DNA of 64,000 nt from Xylographa opegraphella. Taxonomy: Eukaryota. The notes beneath the pieces are model-generated. The model had not been told where the DNA came from. It worked only from the letters and a program-made list of their open reading frames with translations, and did not search any database. Positions 51,107 to 62,926 of the stretch are shown here, in pieces (the stretch's first letter is position 1; each line of letters opens with the position of its first letter). The stretch spans positions 310,001 through 374,000 of the forward strand of contig JALDZX010000019.1 of the NCBI GenBank assembly GCA_022813865.1. The letters run 5' to 3'. The translations under genes were made by a program, and so were the position numbers.

Positions 51107-52687
51107 ATGGCAAGCATCTCATCTTCTGGACGCAGTCCATCCGGCTCGATTGCCACTGTAGCTGCCACTGCAAGCTCAGAAACCGCGACATCTCTGGTGG
51201 TATCCGAGACAGACAAAGATAGCGATACATGCGTTGATGAAATCACTGTCAATGCACAGACTACTTTGAGTGGGCCGAAGCCTATCTATCCTCTACCTTT
51301 GCGCAAGCTGAGGGAGTAAGTACACTTCGGCGTACCTTCAACGTCCACATCGAAGCACGTGCTAACGTAAATCCACCTACATAGCCTTTTGAAGGGGCCG
51401 ACCATCAATGTATTCGTTGGTCAAAAGCCCTACCTCGATCTCGTGTTCTCGATATCGGTAGCTCTACTTTCATATTTCAGCCCAGCACTTCGCACTGCTC
51501 TTCAGAGCCACTCCGGCAAAAAATATGTCGTCTTTCACAGCGCAGACAAGAAAGCGGTCAGCTGGGTTCTTCGTTGGATGCTGTCCGGTGGTCTTGATAA
51601 AAGTTATGCCAACGCGCCTTTGGTAGGAAGCCCTGTTGATTGTCTCTCTAAGCGGCTTCAAATTGTGGTCGAGCTGGGGATACAAGGCAGTCTGCAGCAC
51701 AGTATGTATGAAGATCTGAAAAAAGCGGCTCTGAAAGGAGCCGTAAGTACCAATCAGCTCGGCTGGATCTTTGCTGTCGACAATACACCTAACACAAAAG
51801 TTCTTGGAAAAAACCTCAGCTTCGTCATTGTAGACGCCGTTCTTAATTCAGAGATGACCACCGTCATTCCGTCTGTAAGATCTAACCATGTCTTTGCCAA
51901 GGAATTTGCAGCGGCTTTGACCGCTAGAAAAGGTCGTTTGTACGCCAAACAACACCACGACTGGGAGCCACTGAGCCTCTTTCAACTAGATTTTGTCTAT
52001 GCTTTCACCAAGAGTGGACATGAGATTCGTAGCATGGTGGTACATGATCTCATTAGACTCCATTATTGGCAATGTGTTCCGGATGAAGAGATCTACATAA
52101 CTTACGCAAAAAAGAACACCGAGTTCAACGATGATTGGAACCGTGCTGAGCAGGAGAGACTTGAATACCGCGCCAATAACAAACTCAAGTCAAGAGCGGC
52201 TGGCACAACTGAGCAACAGCCTGGGGTTGATTCAAAGAAGCAGGAGAAGAGATCACTGCGTAAACAACAGCCTGCGAATAACGAGTACCACACCTATACT
52301 GCCATCACTTCGACTATTCCATCGGGACTTCTGGCAAAACCTAACACTCACGACCATACCACTCCGCAAACTGACAAATCTCCGCCAAAGCCTGCAACTA
52401 CGCGACGCCGCCATCGTCAGAGGGCTAAAATCAATGACCTGTCCTCCAAATCAGGCAGTACAGATCCCAAAACAGTCAACACCGCTGTGCAGAAACGCCC
52501 CGAATTGAAAGCTCAAGAGCGTGTTGCCAAAGATCGGAAGGTAGTTAAGGCAAATTCGAGCGCTAAAAGGCACGCAAAAACACAGAAGACCATTGGAGAC
52601 CAAGCTGTTCCACCACCCGGGAAGCGTATCGAGAGTGACGCTGTACTCCGCCTGACCGTCGACGGCGAGGTTGAGCGTGAGAGATAG
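51107..52687 (+). CDS. Divergent BTB/POZ-like domain protein; intron 51316-51384
   Basis: Intron GTAAGT..CTAAC..TAG gives LRDLLKGPTINVFVG...FSISVALLSYFSP...AVSWVLRWM, a pattern resembling fungal BTB domains. Basic disordered tail. Confidence 0.7.
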
Positions 52688-53148
52688 TGACCGAAAGCGC
52701 TTGATTGGGCGATTGGGCAACTTTGCAGTCAAGCCTCTATCTTGCAGCATGCTTGGAAAGTTATATTCCGCGAACATAGCGTGCACAGATAGAAGATAAC
52801 GAGCTGTGCAGTGAGCTAGTAGTCCATGCATTGAAGGGCATCCCTGAAATTGCGAGCTTCCTGCATTTAGAGACATGTGAAAGTGATACTGTGAGTTTCA
52901 GTGAACTGGCATGTGAAAAGTGATTGCTAGCTTTGTTTGGTCTAGAACGTAAAATATATACAAAACTGGTATGGCAGCCTGCGCAGCAGTTTCCATACCC
53001 CTCCGCACCCACCAGCCATAACGGATCTCTACCGTAGCCATTCCTTTGCCAGTACCGAGGTTCACTCTGATCAAGCTCCACTTCCTTAAAACATCTTATC
53101 CATTATCCATTCCCAAGCCATGCCACTCTACTCCACTCCACCGCCAAA

Positions 53149-55418
53149 TCAGGACGAGCAAGTATTTTCCTCTCCTGAACCGCCTGTTTGTCCCGGCCCG
53201 GCCTCATCCGTACCACTCGGCCTCACCATCGTCGTGAATCCAGATGGCGTGGCGGTATACCCCGGAATAAGTTGCGTAGTTTCACCGGTTGGTGCAGGAG
53301 CAAAGGAGTAGATCTCGGTCGTAGAAGCCGCTGTATCAACCGAGACGGTGGTTGTAGAGGGTGTGACTGATGATTCAGCCGCGTATAGATTCGCTGATGT
53401 CGAAGTACTGATTGTGGTCGGAGCCGGGACGTAGCTGTACTCGAAGGTTGTGGATGCGAAGACACTGATGGAGGCTGGGGTGGAGGTGGAGTAGAGCGCA
53501 GGGCCGGAGTCAGAGCTGGAGGCTGGAGTGTACGCATACGCGTAGGCTGTCGATGTCGACGAAGTAGGGAGATCACCGGAACCAGATGTTGGGCTTAGGG
53601 TGCAGGCGCATGTAGTGGATACAGCTGAATCAGAATATGTAATCGCAGCAGCGCTAAACGAGTATGGAAAGGACGTCGTCGAGACGGAGCTTGTAGAGAT
53701 CGTGGATACGGCTGAATCAAATGTAACCGCAGCAGCGCTAAACGAGTAGGGAAAGGATGTCGTCGAGACGGAGCTTGTAGAGATCGTGGATACGGCTGAA
53801 TCAGATGTCACCGCTGCGGCGCTAAATGAATATGGAAAAGACGTCGTCGAGACCGAGCTCGAGGAGATCGTGGATACAGGGAAGCCAGGATATGTGACTG
53901 CAGCGGCGCTAAATGAATACGGAAAAGACGTCGTCGAGACCGAGCTCGAGGAGATCGTGGATACAGGGGAACCAGGATATGTGACTGCAGCGGCGCTAAA
54001 TGAATATGGAAAAGACGTCGTCATCGGGACGGAGCTTGTAGAACCTGTAGAGTATAGGGGAACACTATCGACGGTTGATGACATAGAGGTTGTCGTAGCT
54101 TGTGTTGCTATGGTCTCGAGACTCCTGGTCGCTGAAGAATCAGTGGCACTCGTGGTTGTCGCTAGGCTAGTCGCAGTAGTTGAAGCCGGAACTGTAGTGG
54201 TGGAATTAGACCCAGTAGCACCCCTAGCGAAACATTGAGAAACGAGCTCTTGATCTGTCCAACCCCCCGCAGCGTTGCCAGAAGGAGTCATTGACAGGAC
54301 GTAATCTGTTGCAAATGACCCGGCGGCCCAGCCGGTGTAGCCCAGGTAAACGTCGGAATTGGCGTCAAGGTAACTGAGTGCCTGACAGACCGCAACTAAG
54401 CAGTCGGCATTGGAGCTTCCTCCGCCAGTCTCAGAGAGAAGCGCTTGACGGTTGTTGGCACGGAGATAGTCCGCCAGAGGACTGAATGATGTATCAATCT
54501 GATTGGAGACACAGTCTGCGCTGGTGCCAGAGCCATCCGAGTCGAAATACTTGTGGACGTCGAAGACAAGGTTCGTCTTGGAGCCGTCTGGATTAGTAAC
54601 GTCACAAAGTGCTGCTGCGGAACCTCCAGAAACGAAAGACTCGGCAGATGTATAGTCGTTCCCTGGAAGTAGGATAATCTGTGAGGTGGCGCCAGCAGTT
54701 CGAATGGCAGTTACTGCCGCTTGCACGGAAGCTGCCCACAGATGGATATCAGGCACTGGTCATGTTATTTAGTATGGTCAAAGTCGATCGGAGAAACAAC
54801 GGCTTACAATCATGAGGCTCGTTCATGAGTCCAAACAAGACCTTACTCTCTGAAGCATACTTAGTAGCCAGCTGACTCCAGAGACTGGCAAATTGATCAT
54901 TTGTTGGCCCGCCCTGGCCAATGATTGCTCCATTCCAGCGAGCATAGTTATGAATGTCAATCAGACAATGACTCCCTGTCGCCAGACAAGCCTGAACGAT
55001 CATATCGTAATTCTCAGAATATGTCGAATCCAGGGGTCCACCGAGGACGTTGTTGACCAGGTATTGCCATGCGACCGGCAGACGGTACAGGTTAAAGTTG
55101 TTAGCATTGGTGAAGTGAAGCATCTGGCCAGCCCCATCTGGCCCATTAAGTTCACGCAGAGCGCCATAAACATTGGTGGTAATGCATGTTCCCTGGGAGG
55201 GTTTTAGCATTCGGATCAAGCAGCGACTTGAGAGTTGAATAGCTAACACACATCTGTGGAGCATCCAAAATCGAACCTAGGCTTGATTAGCAAGACCAAA
55301 TGCACTCGAGTACTCGTATATCATACCCGGCAATGTTCACGCCCTTGAATTGAACAGCAGCAAGAACACTACTTAGGTTCACGACTATAATGGACCCCAA
55401 AAGAAAGTGGAACAACAT
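53149..55418 (-). CDS. Secreted GH5 (subfamily 5, Cel5A/EG II-like) endoglucanase with a long Ser/Thr tail and no CBM1; 3 introns
   Basis: Signal peptide, GVNIAGFDFGCSTDGTC (across a 25-nt exon), RLPVAWQYL, DIHNYARW, acid/base MNEPHD, DVHKYFDSD.SGT, nucleophile LSETGGG and WAAGSF. Confidence 0.93.
53616..54040 (-). repeat. Coding tandem repeat, 5 copies with 84-87 bp period
   Basis: Unit GC(A/G)GCGCTAAA..GA.TA.GGAAA.GA.GTCGTC recurs near 53644, 53728, 53812, 53899 and 53986, encoding TTSFPYSFSAAAVT....VSTIS.SSVS. Confidence 0.95.
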
Positions 55419-56519
55419 AGCTAGAACGAATGTGTGGTAGAAATCAAAGCTGTAAAGAATGTTAGTGATCTTCACAAATTCACAATAAAACCAGTCAAGC
55501 AAAACAAGAGGGACAAGAACGACGAGCGCGTATGCAGATGAAACGAACGGAGCATGGCATACTCTTGTATCCCTTAGCTTGTCAGAACACAATCATTTCC
55601 CCGGACATAGAGTCGTTCAAATATCCGCTATTGGTCGGCAGCAGCTTCAAGCAAGAGCGGGATGCCTCGTACGCTCCGCAGCCATGGGGGGGCGCTTGTC
55701 GCAACACAACTTACATTTCCGCGTCCATTAAGAGCGAGATTGGATGAAGCCATAGGAAGCGTTGTAATAGCAGCTGGGGAGCATGCTGAGCTCGGCACGG
55801 ATATCCTATGCTTGCCACACGGCATCAAGCTTGAGCTTAGGCTCGTCCCCTTCATCACTCGGAGGGGGGATCTCGGATGATGGATTCAAAGCCATAAGCA
55901 GCAGACTGGCCGAGACACAATTCGGCCGTCTGACGAAATTGGGGGCATTCGGGGCGAGGAGGAGAAGCTGGAGGGGAGGACTGGCGGCGTTTCATGTAGC
56001 GATCCAAGCAATTCGACCGCGGCAGAAACAACGTTCTTATCCCACCCGTGTGCTTGTTTCATCAAACTTGGGAACAATCGGCCAGCTCTACAGGCCGTGA
56101 AGTCAGCGTAGACCTCGGACCAATTATGATGCGATCATCTATCCCGGTCAACGCCCTGCCTCCTTTTGTATCACGTTGCGTCAATCATGTCGCCAAGTCA
56201 TATGCATGGCTCTTTGGGGGCACTAATGTCAAAAATTGTTTGTCATACAGAATCTCCAGCTCGCCGAGCAACTCAAGCAAGCGCCGGCAGTAAAAGGTGA
56301 ATACATATTGGTATGAAATTACGGGTCTTTTTGGCCCAGCTACAATTTAGTTACATGATTCACCCTCATCCACACGCCAAGAAGCCACCACAACGTCCTG
56401 TTGCAAGACTTTCCAGTCACGGTGCTTCTCGCTTTCTAGTGATTCTCATGCCCTTTCGGACGATATCCGAAGCCGTCTGAAGACAAATCCCACGCACGGA
56501 GTGAGAGGACAGTTCAGTG

Positions 56520-58736
56520 TTAAGCTCCCGGTGGTGGGGGAGGCGGCAAATCGCTTGGAGGCTATCAACTGTTAGTGACTATTGATCGTTCTGGTTGGGT
56601 GTAAGACTTACCGGAGGGGGAGGAGCATCCCCAGGCGGCGGAGGAGGTGGAGGATTTCCCGCAGAGCCGTTGCCATTGTACTGGAACAGTGCATTGAGCC
56701 CGGGTGGAGCACCAAGACCCACCGCGGCCAGTCCAGGAGGAGCACCCATACCTCCAGCGTATCCATTACCGTTACCATAGCCTGGGTAGGCCCCGTAACC
56801 ACCCGGAGGCGGAGGAGGAGGCGCAGCTTGCTGTTGCCAGGGAGCAGCGCCGCTGTTCTGCTGCCCATGGCCATAGCTGTCCCCACCACGCCCAGCAGCG
56901 GCCCACGGCGGAGCAGATCCACCATCTGGAGCACCATAATCATCACGATGACTACGATCGTCTCCCCCGCGTTGCCAAGGCGCTGCTGCGCCTGTGGGTC
57001 CACGTTGCCACGGCTTAAGATCACCTCGATCACCTTCACCGTATCCATCTTGATTGTCATAGCCTCCAGGCCCTGCTTCGATGCGCTGAGGAGCTTGCCC
57101 ATTGGCGGCAGGGGCACCACCAGAAAGTTCTTGCATGAGTTGCTGTGGAATGTTAGGATGTGATATTTACCCAGAAAGGTTTGACTGACCTCATATTCCC
57201 GATCAACAGCATCACCACCACCAATACGTCCTGCGGGCGCACGATCAGGACCACCAATAGGCGGGCCGTTACGCCAGTCAGCTCCACGCTGCCTATCAGG
57301 ACAGTCTCGAGCCATATGTCCTGCGTTGCCACACACTCTGCAAATGATGTTGGCCGTGAAATTGCGCTGTTCAGGACAATCGTATTTGCGGTGACCGATT
57401 TGGCCACCTATGAGTATTAGAAGCTGTCGAAGATTTCAACTGGTATTGCAATCTGTACTTACAGTTTTGACAAGCTTGATTCTCGTCATCGCGCAATGTT
57501 CCGTTGAGAGCTGCAAGCTCTCGAAGCTGGTTTCGTTTGAGCTCATTCTGTCCCTCGGGGATCGAGGCAGCCTTCGTAGCGTTAGCAGGTCACGAGTTGC
57601 TAGCGTTCCGCTGAACTTACTGTTTCAATGACATTGTGGATCAACTTCTTTGCTTTGTTAACTTTTTCTTCGGTATCGGCCATTATCAAACAATGCAAAT
57701 CTTCTTCCTGGTTACTGGTGTGAGCAGCATCAGATCGACCTTTTCCTTCTTTGACTGATCCTTTCCCACGAATGGCAATCTTGGCTTGCGACTCAGTCTC
57801 CATCTTTTTAAGTGTATTGCCTCGAGGCCCGATAAGTAAGCCGACTTCAGTACACGAACGCAAGCTAAGTGTTAGTCTATGTAGGTCAATACGTATAGCA
57901 ATGTGTATGTAATATGAGCAGGGTTAGTGGTAACATATGCTGCTTCCTTCGTGAAAAGCGGCAAGCATCGACAAAAAGCATGATGAGAAAATAAGAAAAG
58001 AGGTTAGGAGTTAGAGGGTTAGTTATCATACTGAAGTTAATCTCTGGGTAGTCATTGACAGGTACATAGACTTTCTCCTGTGTCTTAGTAGGACGTCTGT
58101 AGTCCGAGGGCGGATGATAGTTAGGAATAATCTTCATGGCTTTCTCAATCTGCCTGTGGCGCTCATCTTCAAGACGCTTGCGATACCGGTATTCGCGTGT
58201 GTTCACGCGACGACCAAAGTTATCATACTGAGGTGGAGGAGACGGAGACCTATATCCATCCATGAGTTCTTGTTCTAGCTTACGGGGAAAGGGTACGAAC
58301 CTATCACCATCTGCAGGAACAACATCATCTATTCTTAGCTTCTCGCTAATCTCTTGAATCCGTAGATGCAACGTGTAAGCCTCAAGCTGTTCGTTAGTCA
58401 TATTCGCCTTGATCATAGTAGGCAATCCCATCAAGCCAGCAGCTTTATTTTCAGATGCATCTCCCCATCGATTTCTCTTCTTGCGTCGCCTCTCACCCGC
58501 ATCAACAGGATCGGCTTCGCAGCAGTTAGTTGTATGGTTCCTCCTAAGAGAGCCAAAGACCTACGACGCTCTGGACTACGGCCACGCTTATAGCCATCGG
58601 ACAAGCCAGTCGGAGGCTGAGCTGCACTGTAGCCACCACCATCGTCACCAGGTGTAGAGTCGCCTCCAAAGCGACGGCGATTGCCTAGAGGAATGTTATT
58701 CGAGCCGGTGATTCCCTGACCTCTCTGCCACGCCAT
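56520..58736 (-). CDS. MSL5: Branchpoint-bridging protein / splicing factor 1 (BBP/SF1); 7 introns
   Basis: [29 protein letters not shown]2 ([19 protein letters not shown]...[11 protein letters not shown]), two CCHC zinc knuckles and a Pro-rich tail. Confidence 0.96.
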
Positions 58737-59245
58737 GATAGAGGTAGTGGCGCTTGCGTAATCTTGAGGGTTTGAAGTTGTAGAGGAGAGCCGATGAAAG
58801 GTGAAGTTGTGTCTTAGGCGCGTTATTTCATTCTAAGACAAATGGGGTTTGGCGCAAAGGTAATGGCCCCCTTCCCGTCCGCCCTCGGCCGTATCCTTGG
58901 CCCCTTTTCAACTGCAAGTCGTGCAACACGATTCACTACCACTTTTCTAAGAATATGATTACTTGATCGTAAGACCTGAAACCGTGAGTTTATTATTAAT
59001 GGGCTAGTCCAATAATTCCTGGATCCAAAATATCGCAAATCAGATGCCTAGCTTGGCTAGAATACCCAACGTAACCATTCCCACAATTTCTATCTTGCAT
59101 AGAGGTGAATCTGGAAAAAACATCACCACCATCAAGCGTTCTAGCCAGCCAGGAGCTGCAGAGCCGACCTTACCGAAATAATGTTCATGTGGATTAAGTC
59201 CCTTTCTCATTATTCTTATACTTCCGTGTTTCCTTTAGGACTGCT

Positions 59246-60265
59246 TCAAGCAGCATCAACGAGTCTCGCTCCCTCATCACGTCCGTTCGCTGTACGGTTA
59301 CCAGAATTCGTTCGTTCTGGCTCATCGAGGAACCTACCACCTCCCGTTCCCTCTTCGTCATCTCTTTCCTCACCTATTATTCTTCCTCCGTTTAGCCTCC
59401 CAAATTCGCCCTGCCCCCTTTCGCCACGAAACCATTCGGGTCTGATTCTCACAGCCAATAAGAACATAATCTAGCGAATAGTATGTCAGCTGCGTTGAAC
59501 TCTCTCAAGGTCTCTTGTGTGTGGCAACAACTGATTGATACAGAGACCCCCAAAGGATTGTTTCGCTGACCTGCATCACCAGAACACCTACGCCCACACC
59601 GACTACCATCCCAAGTATGGACCTCCCCTCCGCCGTCCAAATTGCTTCGCAGGATTCATTTCGCCCGAACCTTTGTATGCATGCCTCTGCAACCACTCCT
59701 TTGGCAGGGAAAGGCCATGCCATGTGCTTAACGGTACTGAACCCGCAGCACTCCAACGAATCCTGGATTGCTTTCACCGCGCTCTCGTTCTTTTCTTGAA
59801 ACATTTGCTTCCATCGAGACTCCAGTCCACATGTGAGAGTCGGTTCTGACAGCGCCGTTGAAGCGAGCGTGATGAGGAGAGTGTCAAGCATAAAGAGCAC
59901 AGTTATAGCTATCTCGCGGGATGGGACAATAAAGCGAGTACATGATGCGGAAAAAGCTTTACCACCGGTCAATCGAAGCATGGGACGAGGTGGACCTCTT
60001 GCAACCGCAAAGAGGATAGCATTGGTAAGGAAAGGGAGGATAATAGCTAGAACTTCGGTCGTAATAGAGGCTGGGAGGAAGAATGTACGGGCACGAATAG
60101 AGGCAACAACGGCGAGAATCGTAAGCGCGAGAGACGGCTACACAATAAATCTCGTTAGTAGACATTTTGGCCGAGACCTCCATCATGACGAAATTGTTGC
60201 AAGCCGATGGAAGGAGTGCGCTCACGTACTAGAAATGTAACGGCAAAAGTAATGAAGCTGTGCAT
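59246..60265 (-). CDS. Fungal tetraspanin (Tsp3-like); 2 introns
   Basis: Four hydrophobic segments and a large loop with LTCGLESRWKQMF...IQDSLECCGF...AWPFP...C...C. Exon 1 MHSFITFAVTFL splices in frame. Confidence 0.8.
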
Positions 60266-60592
60266 ATTGCTGACGAGTACCTTAACAATCAGTTATAGGT
60301 TCTGGGAAGCAGGTTGGAGGAGTTGCAATACTCCTCAAGGAAAGTGGGGTAAAGATAGAACATGTGCATGGCTGATGAATTCGTGTAACATTCACAGTCG
60401 GGCCGATGCAAACTACGAAATAGGCAAGAGAAGAACAAACCGGGGACGATGGTTGGCCGACGAGAACAACGGATCGATTGGAGATTTGATAACGAAGAAG
60501 CTCCAAATATCAGGAATTTGGATATCATTTCGTCTTCTATTATGTAGACTACTCTAACTATGGCACGGCCGATCGGAATTCTCATTCGAAGA

Positions 60593-62926
60593 CTACTTCA
60601 TTGCTGAACCATCCAGCGGGTGAACCCAGTCGTTCTGGAGATCCAAATCAAGCATGGATGCCCAATCTGTGCCAACGTCCAAATATGAATAGTCAGAAAT
60701 TGGAAAGCTATAATTGTTGAATGATACGAACGGATCTGCGTCCAGCTCCACTCCTTCACTGGCTGATTCTCCTAGTGTCAGGAGTTGACTGCCGAGACTT
60801 GTCGTCGAAGGCGATGGCGTGGTCATCCGCGGCTTGCCAATGCGAATTCTTCCGAAGTACGGTATGGTCACTTGGTACGCCTCAGGGGTATTATACTCAT
60901 TGCACCCGTAACGGGCGTCACCGAATTGACGAAGGACCTGAGCGGCTTGGATAGCCACGGGAGAAATCCTTTCCACGCCAATAGTCTCGAAATCTTCCCT
61001 GATGCTATTCACAAGATCCCAGTCGCTGTCTTCTTGGATAAGATCCCTACGCCCACGATTGTTGGCATGCTGATTGAGAAGATCGAGAACAAGTACCATC
61101 GAAGCCGTAAAGGCTTCGAAATCGATGAGATTGCACACTAGGAGAGCGCCGTTCGCCCGTAGAATCTGGTAGCATTTGATCATTTCTCTTGAAGATTCGA
61201 GCCCACTGATTCTGCTCATCTCGTAACGGCGATCGGTGAACGACTTCAACAGATACGGAAGGTGAAGTAGCTTCCGGTCATTGTGATACAAAAATTTAGC
61301 GACAAACATATCACGAACGACATTAGCGGCCATACCAGGTATCGGCAGAGCTTCCCACCATCCGGGTGGCATGGAATTCCGAGCCTCTTCCAGTTCTTGG
61401 TCGATTTTGAGGGTGTCAATCAGGGACGCATTGTTGAGGTCGCTGTTTCGATGTATTATATGTCCTGCAATCACACTCAACTTGGATAGAAGGCCATCTC
61501 CGTACCGCCCAGCTTGCTCTTCATCTGCAAAGTTCTTACGATTGAAGTCATTGTCCAGTGTCGAGTAAGGAAGGCCCAAAATGAGGGAGAGATGTCGGTC
61601 GCCTAGCGACATCTGAAACCAAAGGTCCGCTTTCCGCTTCGCCAGGGGATCAGTCGTGCTTCGGACTGGTCGATGAATACCCACGAAGTACGCGAGCCCA
61701 GTGGCCCTCCGTCCCAGTAGCCAGGCCTTTCGAGGTTTTCCTTCGTCGACATAGAAACGAATCTGCAGCACCATGCACTCCAATCCATCAAGGGTAGAAG
61801 CTAGGCCTTCCTCTGAAGCAAGCAGGGTTTCCACGAAAGCCATGTAGCGTTTCTGAAGCACGTCTGGTTTTGTGGGTAAATTCCATTGACCATGGCCAAA
61901 TCGTCCAGATAATTGCTGAAAACAGACGGCCATACAAATCAGAATCTTCGCAGTATCGCCGACATTGCCCGAATCTAGACACTGTCGTATATGATTCCTC
62001 AGACGGGTGATCTGATCGGTCTCGGTCTCATAAGTCCTGGGCACTAGCATATTGGGAAAATACTTCTGCCAATTCTGCCAACAGCAAAGACAGAGGCGAA
62101 TGATCTGTGTCAAGTCATCGTCATTTGGCACGAGAGCTTTCACGGCCATCGGAATCCGAGATCCTGTATCAAAAAATGGCTGGAACGTCCTGCTTCCTGC
62201 ATCGAGCGAGCTGTTTTCAGTCTCGTTACGAGCATCAACCATCGTGTCGGCTTCCTGTCGTATGACCGCATTGTCAAAGAGGCTAAGCAAAGGCGCGCTG
62301 TCGAAAGAATGAGGCGGGATCGAGGTCACTGTTTCTCCTTGCAAGTGGGCGATGCCACCCTCGGGACTCTGGCTTCGTTCGTCGCTGGCACCGCTTGGAG
62401 AAGGGGATATGCCCAGCTGGAGTGTTTCGAGAGCTTCGGCGGCGCTCATATCCGGATACCCAGTCCGCACGACATATTTGGCGGTGTCTAATCTTTGGAG
62501 TATCTGGGTCACCATTTTTTCCAGCTTGTCTGCCCTGTCACGCACCGTCCGTGGCCGACCGGCGGGGCGTGATTTAGCATCCGAATATTCTTGCGGAACA
62601 CAGCGCGTTCCTCTTGTAGTACAGCCGGCGCATACACGAGTATTGGAATCGGAAATACATTTTATCTTTCGCCGACGACATTCCACGCAGCTATGTGTGC
62701 CTTTCCGCACTTTGGAAAGAGAATCAAGCCTAACCTTAGTTTTGTGCATGGTATTGATGTCGCGAGAAGCTATGTATAACAAATTAACGGAGGCTGGAGG
62801 CAGGAAACGGGAGAAGCTCTGGAGAAGTCCGTCCGAGATAGGCTCGTAGTGTTGCAGGTAATGCACAGTAGTTTGATGCCTGGGTACATTCGTCGGCGTC
62901 TTTCGTCCGTTTTTCGTCCGCGACAT
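60593..62926 (-). CDS. Zn2Cys6 transcription factor with fungal TF middle-homology region (start may be ATG about 62749)
   Basis: VRKGTHSCVECRRRKIKC....CAGCTTRGTRC; GKPRKAWL, DRHLSLILGLP and LLHLPYL. Confidence 0.92.
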   Translation of the reverse strand: MSRTKNGRKTPTNVPRHQTTVHYLQHYEPISDGLLQSFSRFLPPASVNLLYIASRDINTMHKTKVRLDSLSKVRKGTHSCVECRRRKIKCISDSNTRVCAGCTTRGTRCVPQEYSDAKSRPAGRPRTVRDRADKLEKMVTQILQRLDTAKYVVRTGYPDMSAAEALETLQLGISPSPSGASDERSQSPEGGIAHLQGETVTSIPPHSFDSAPLLSLFDNAVIRQEADTMVDARNETENSSLDAGSRTFQPFFDTGSRIPMAVKALVPNDDDLTQIIRLCLCCWQNWQKYFPNMLVPRTYETETDQITRLRNHIRQCLDSGNVGDTAKILICMAVCFQQLSGRFGHGQWNLPTKPDVLQKRYMAFVETLLASEEGLASTLDGLECMVLQIRFYVDEGKPRKAWLLGRRATGLAYFVGIHRPVRSTTDPLAKRKADLWFQMSLGDRHLSLILGLPYSTLDNDFNRKNFADEEQAGRYGDGLLSKLSVIAGHIIHRNSDLNNASLIDTLKIDQELEEARNSMPPGWWEALPIPGMAANVVRDMFVAKFLYHNDRKLLHLPYLLKSFTDRRYEMSRISGLESSREMIKCYQILRANGALLVCNLIDFEAFTASMVLVLDLLNQHANNRGRRDLIQEDSDWDLVNSIREDFETIGVERISPVAIQAAQVLRQFGDARYGCNEYNTPEAYQVTIPYFGRIRIGKPRMTTPSPSTTSLGSQLLTLGESASEGVELDADPFVSFNNYSFPISDYSYLDVGTDWASMLDLDLQNDWVHPLDGSAMK

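Noticed and set aside
53616..54040. Regularly spaced repeats as a CRISPR-like array, and antisense ORF 53786-54238
   Set aside because: Whole units are repeated with no unique spacers, periods are multiples of 3 inside a CDS, and the antisense ORF is a shadow.
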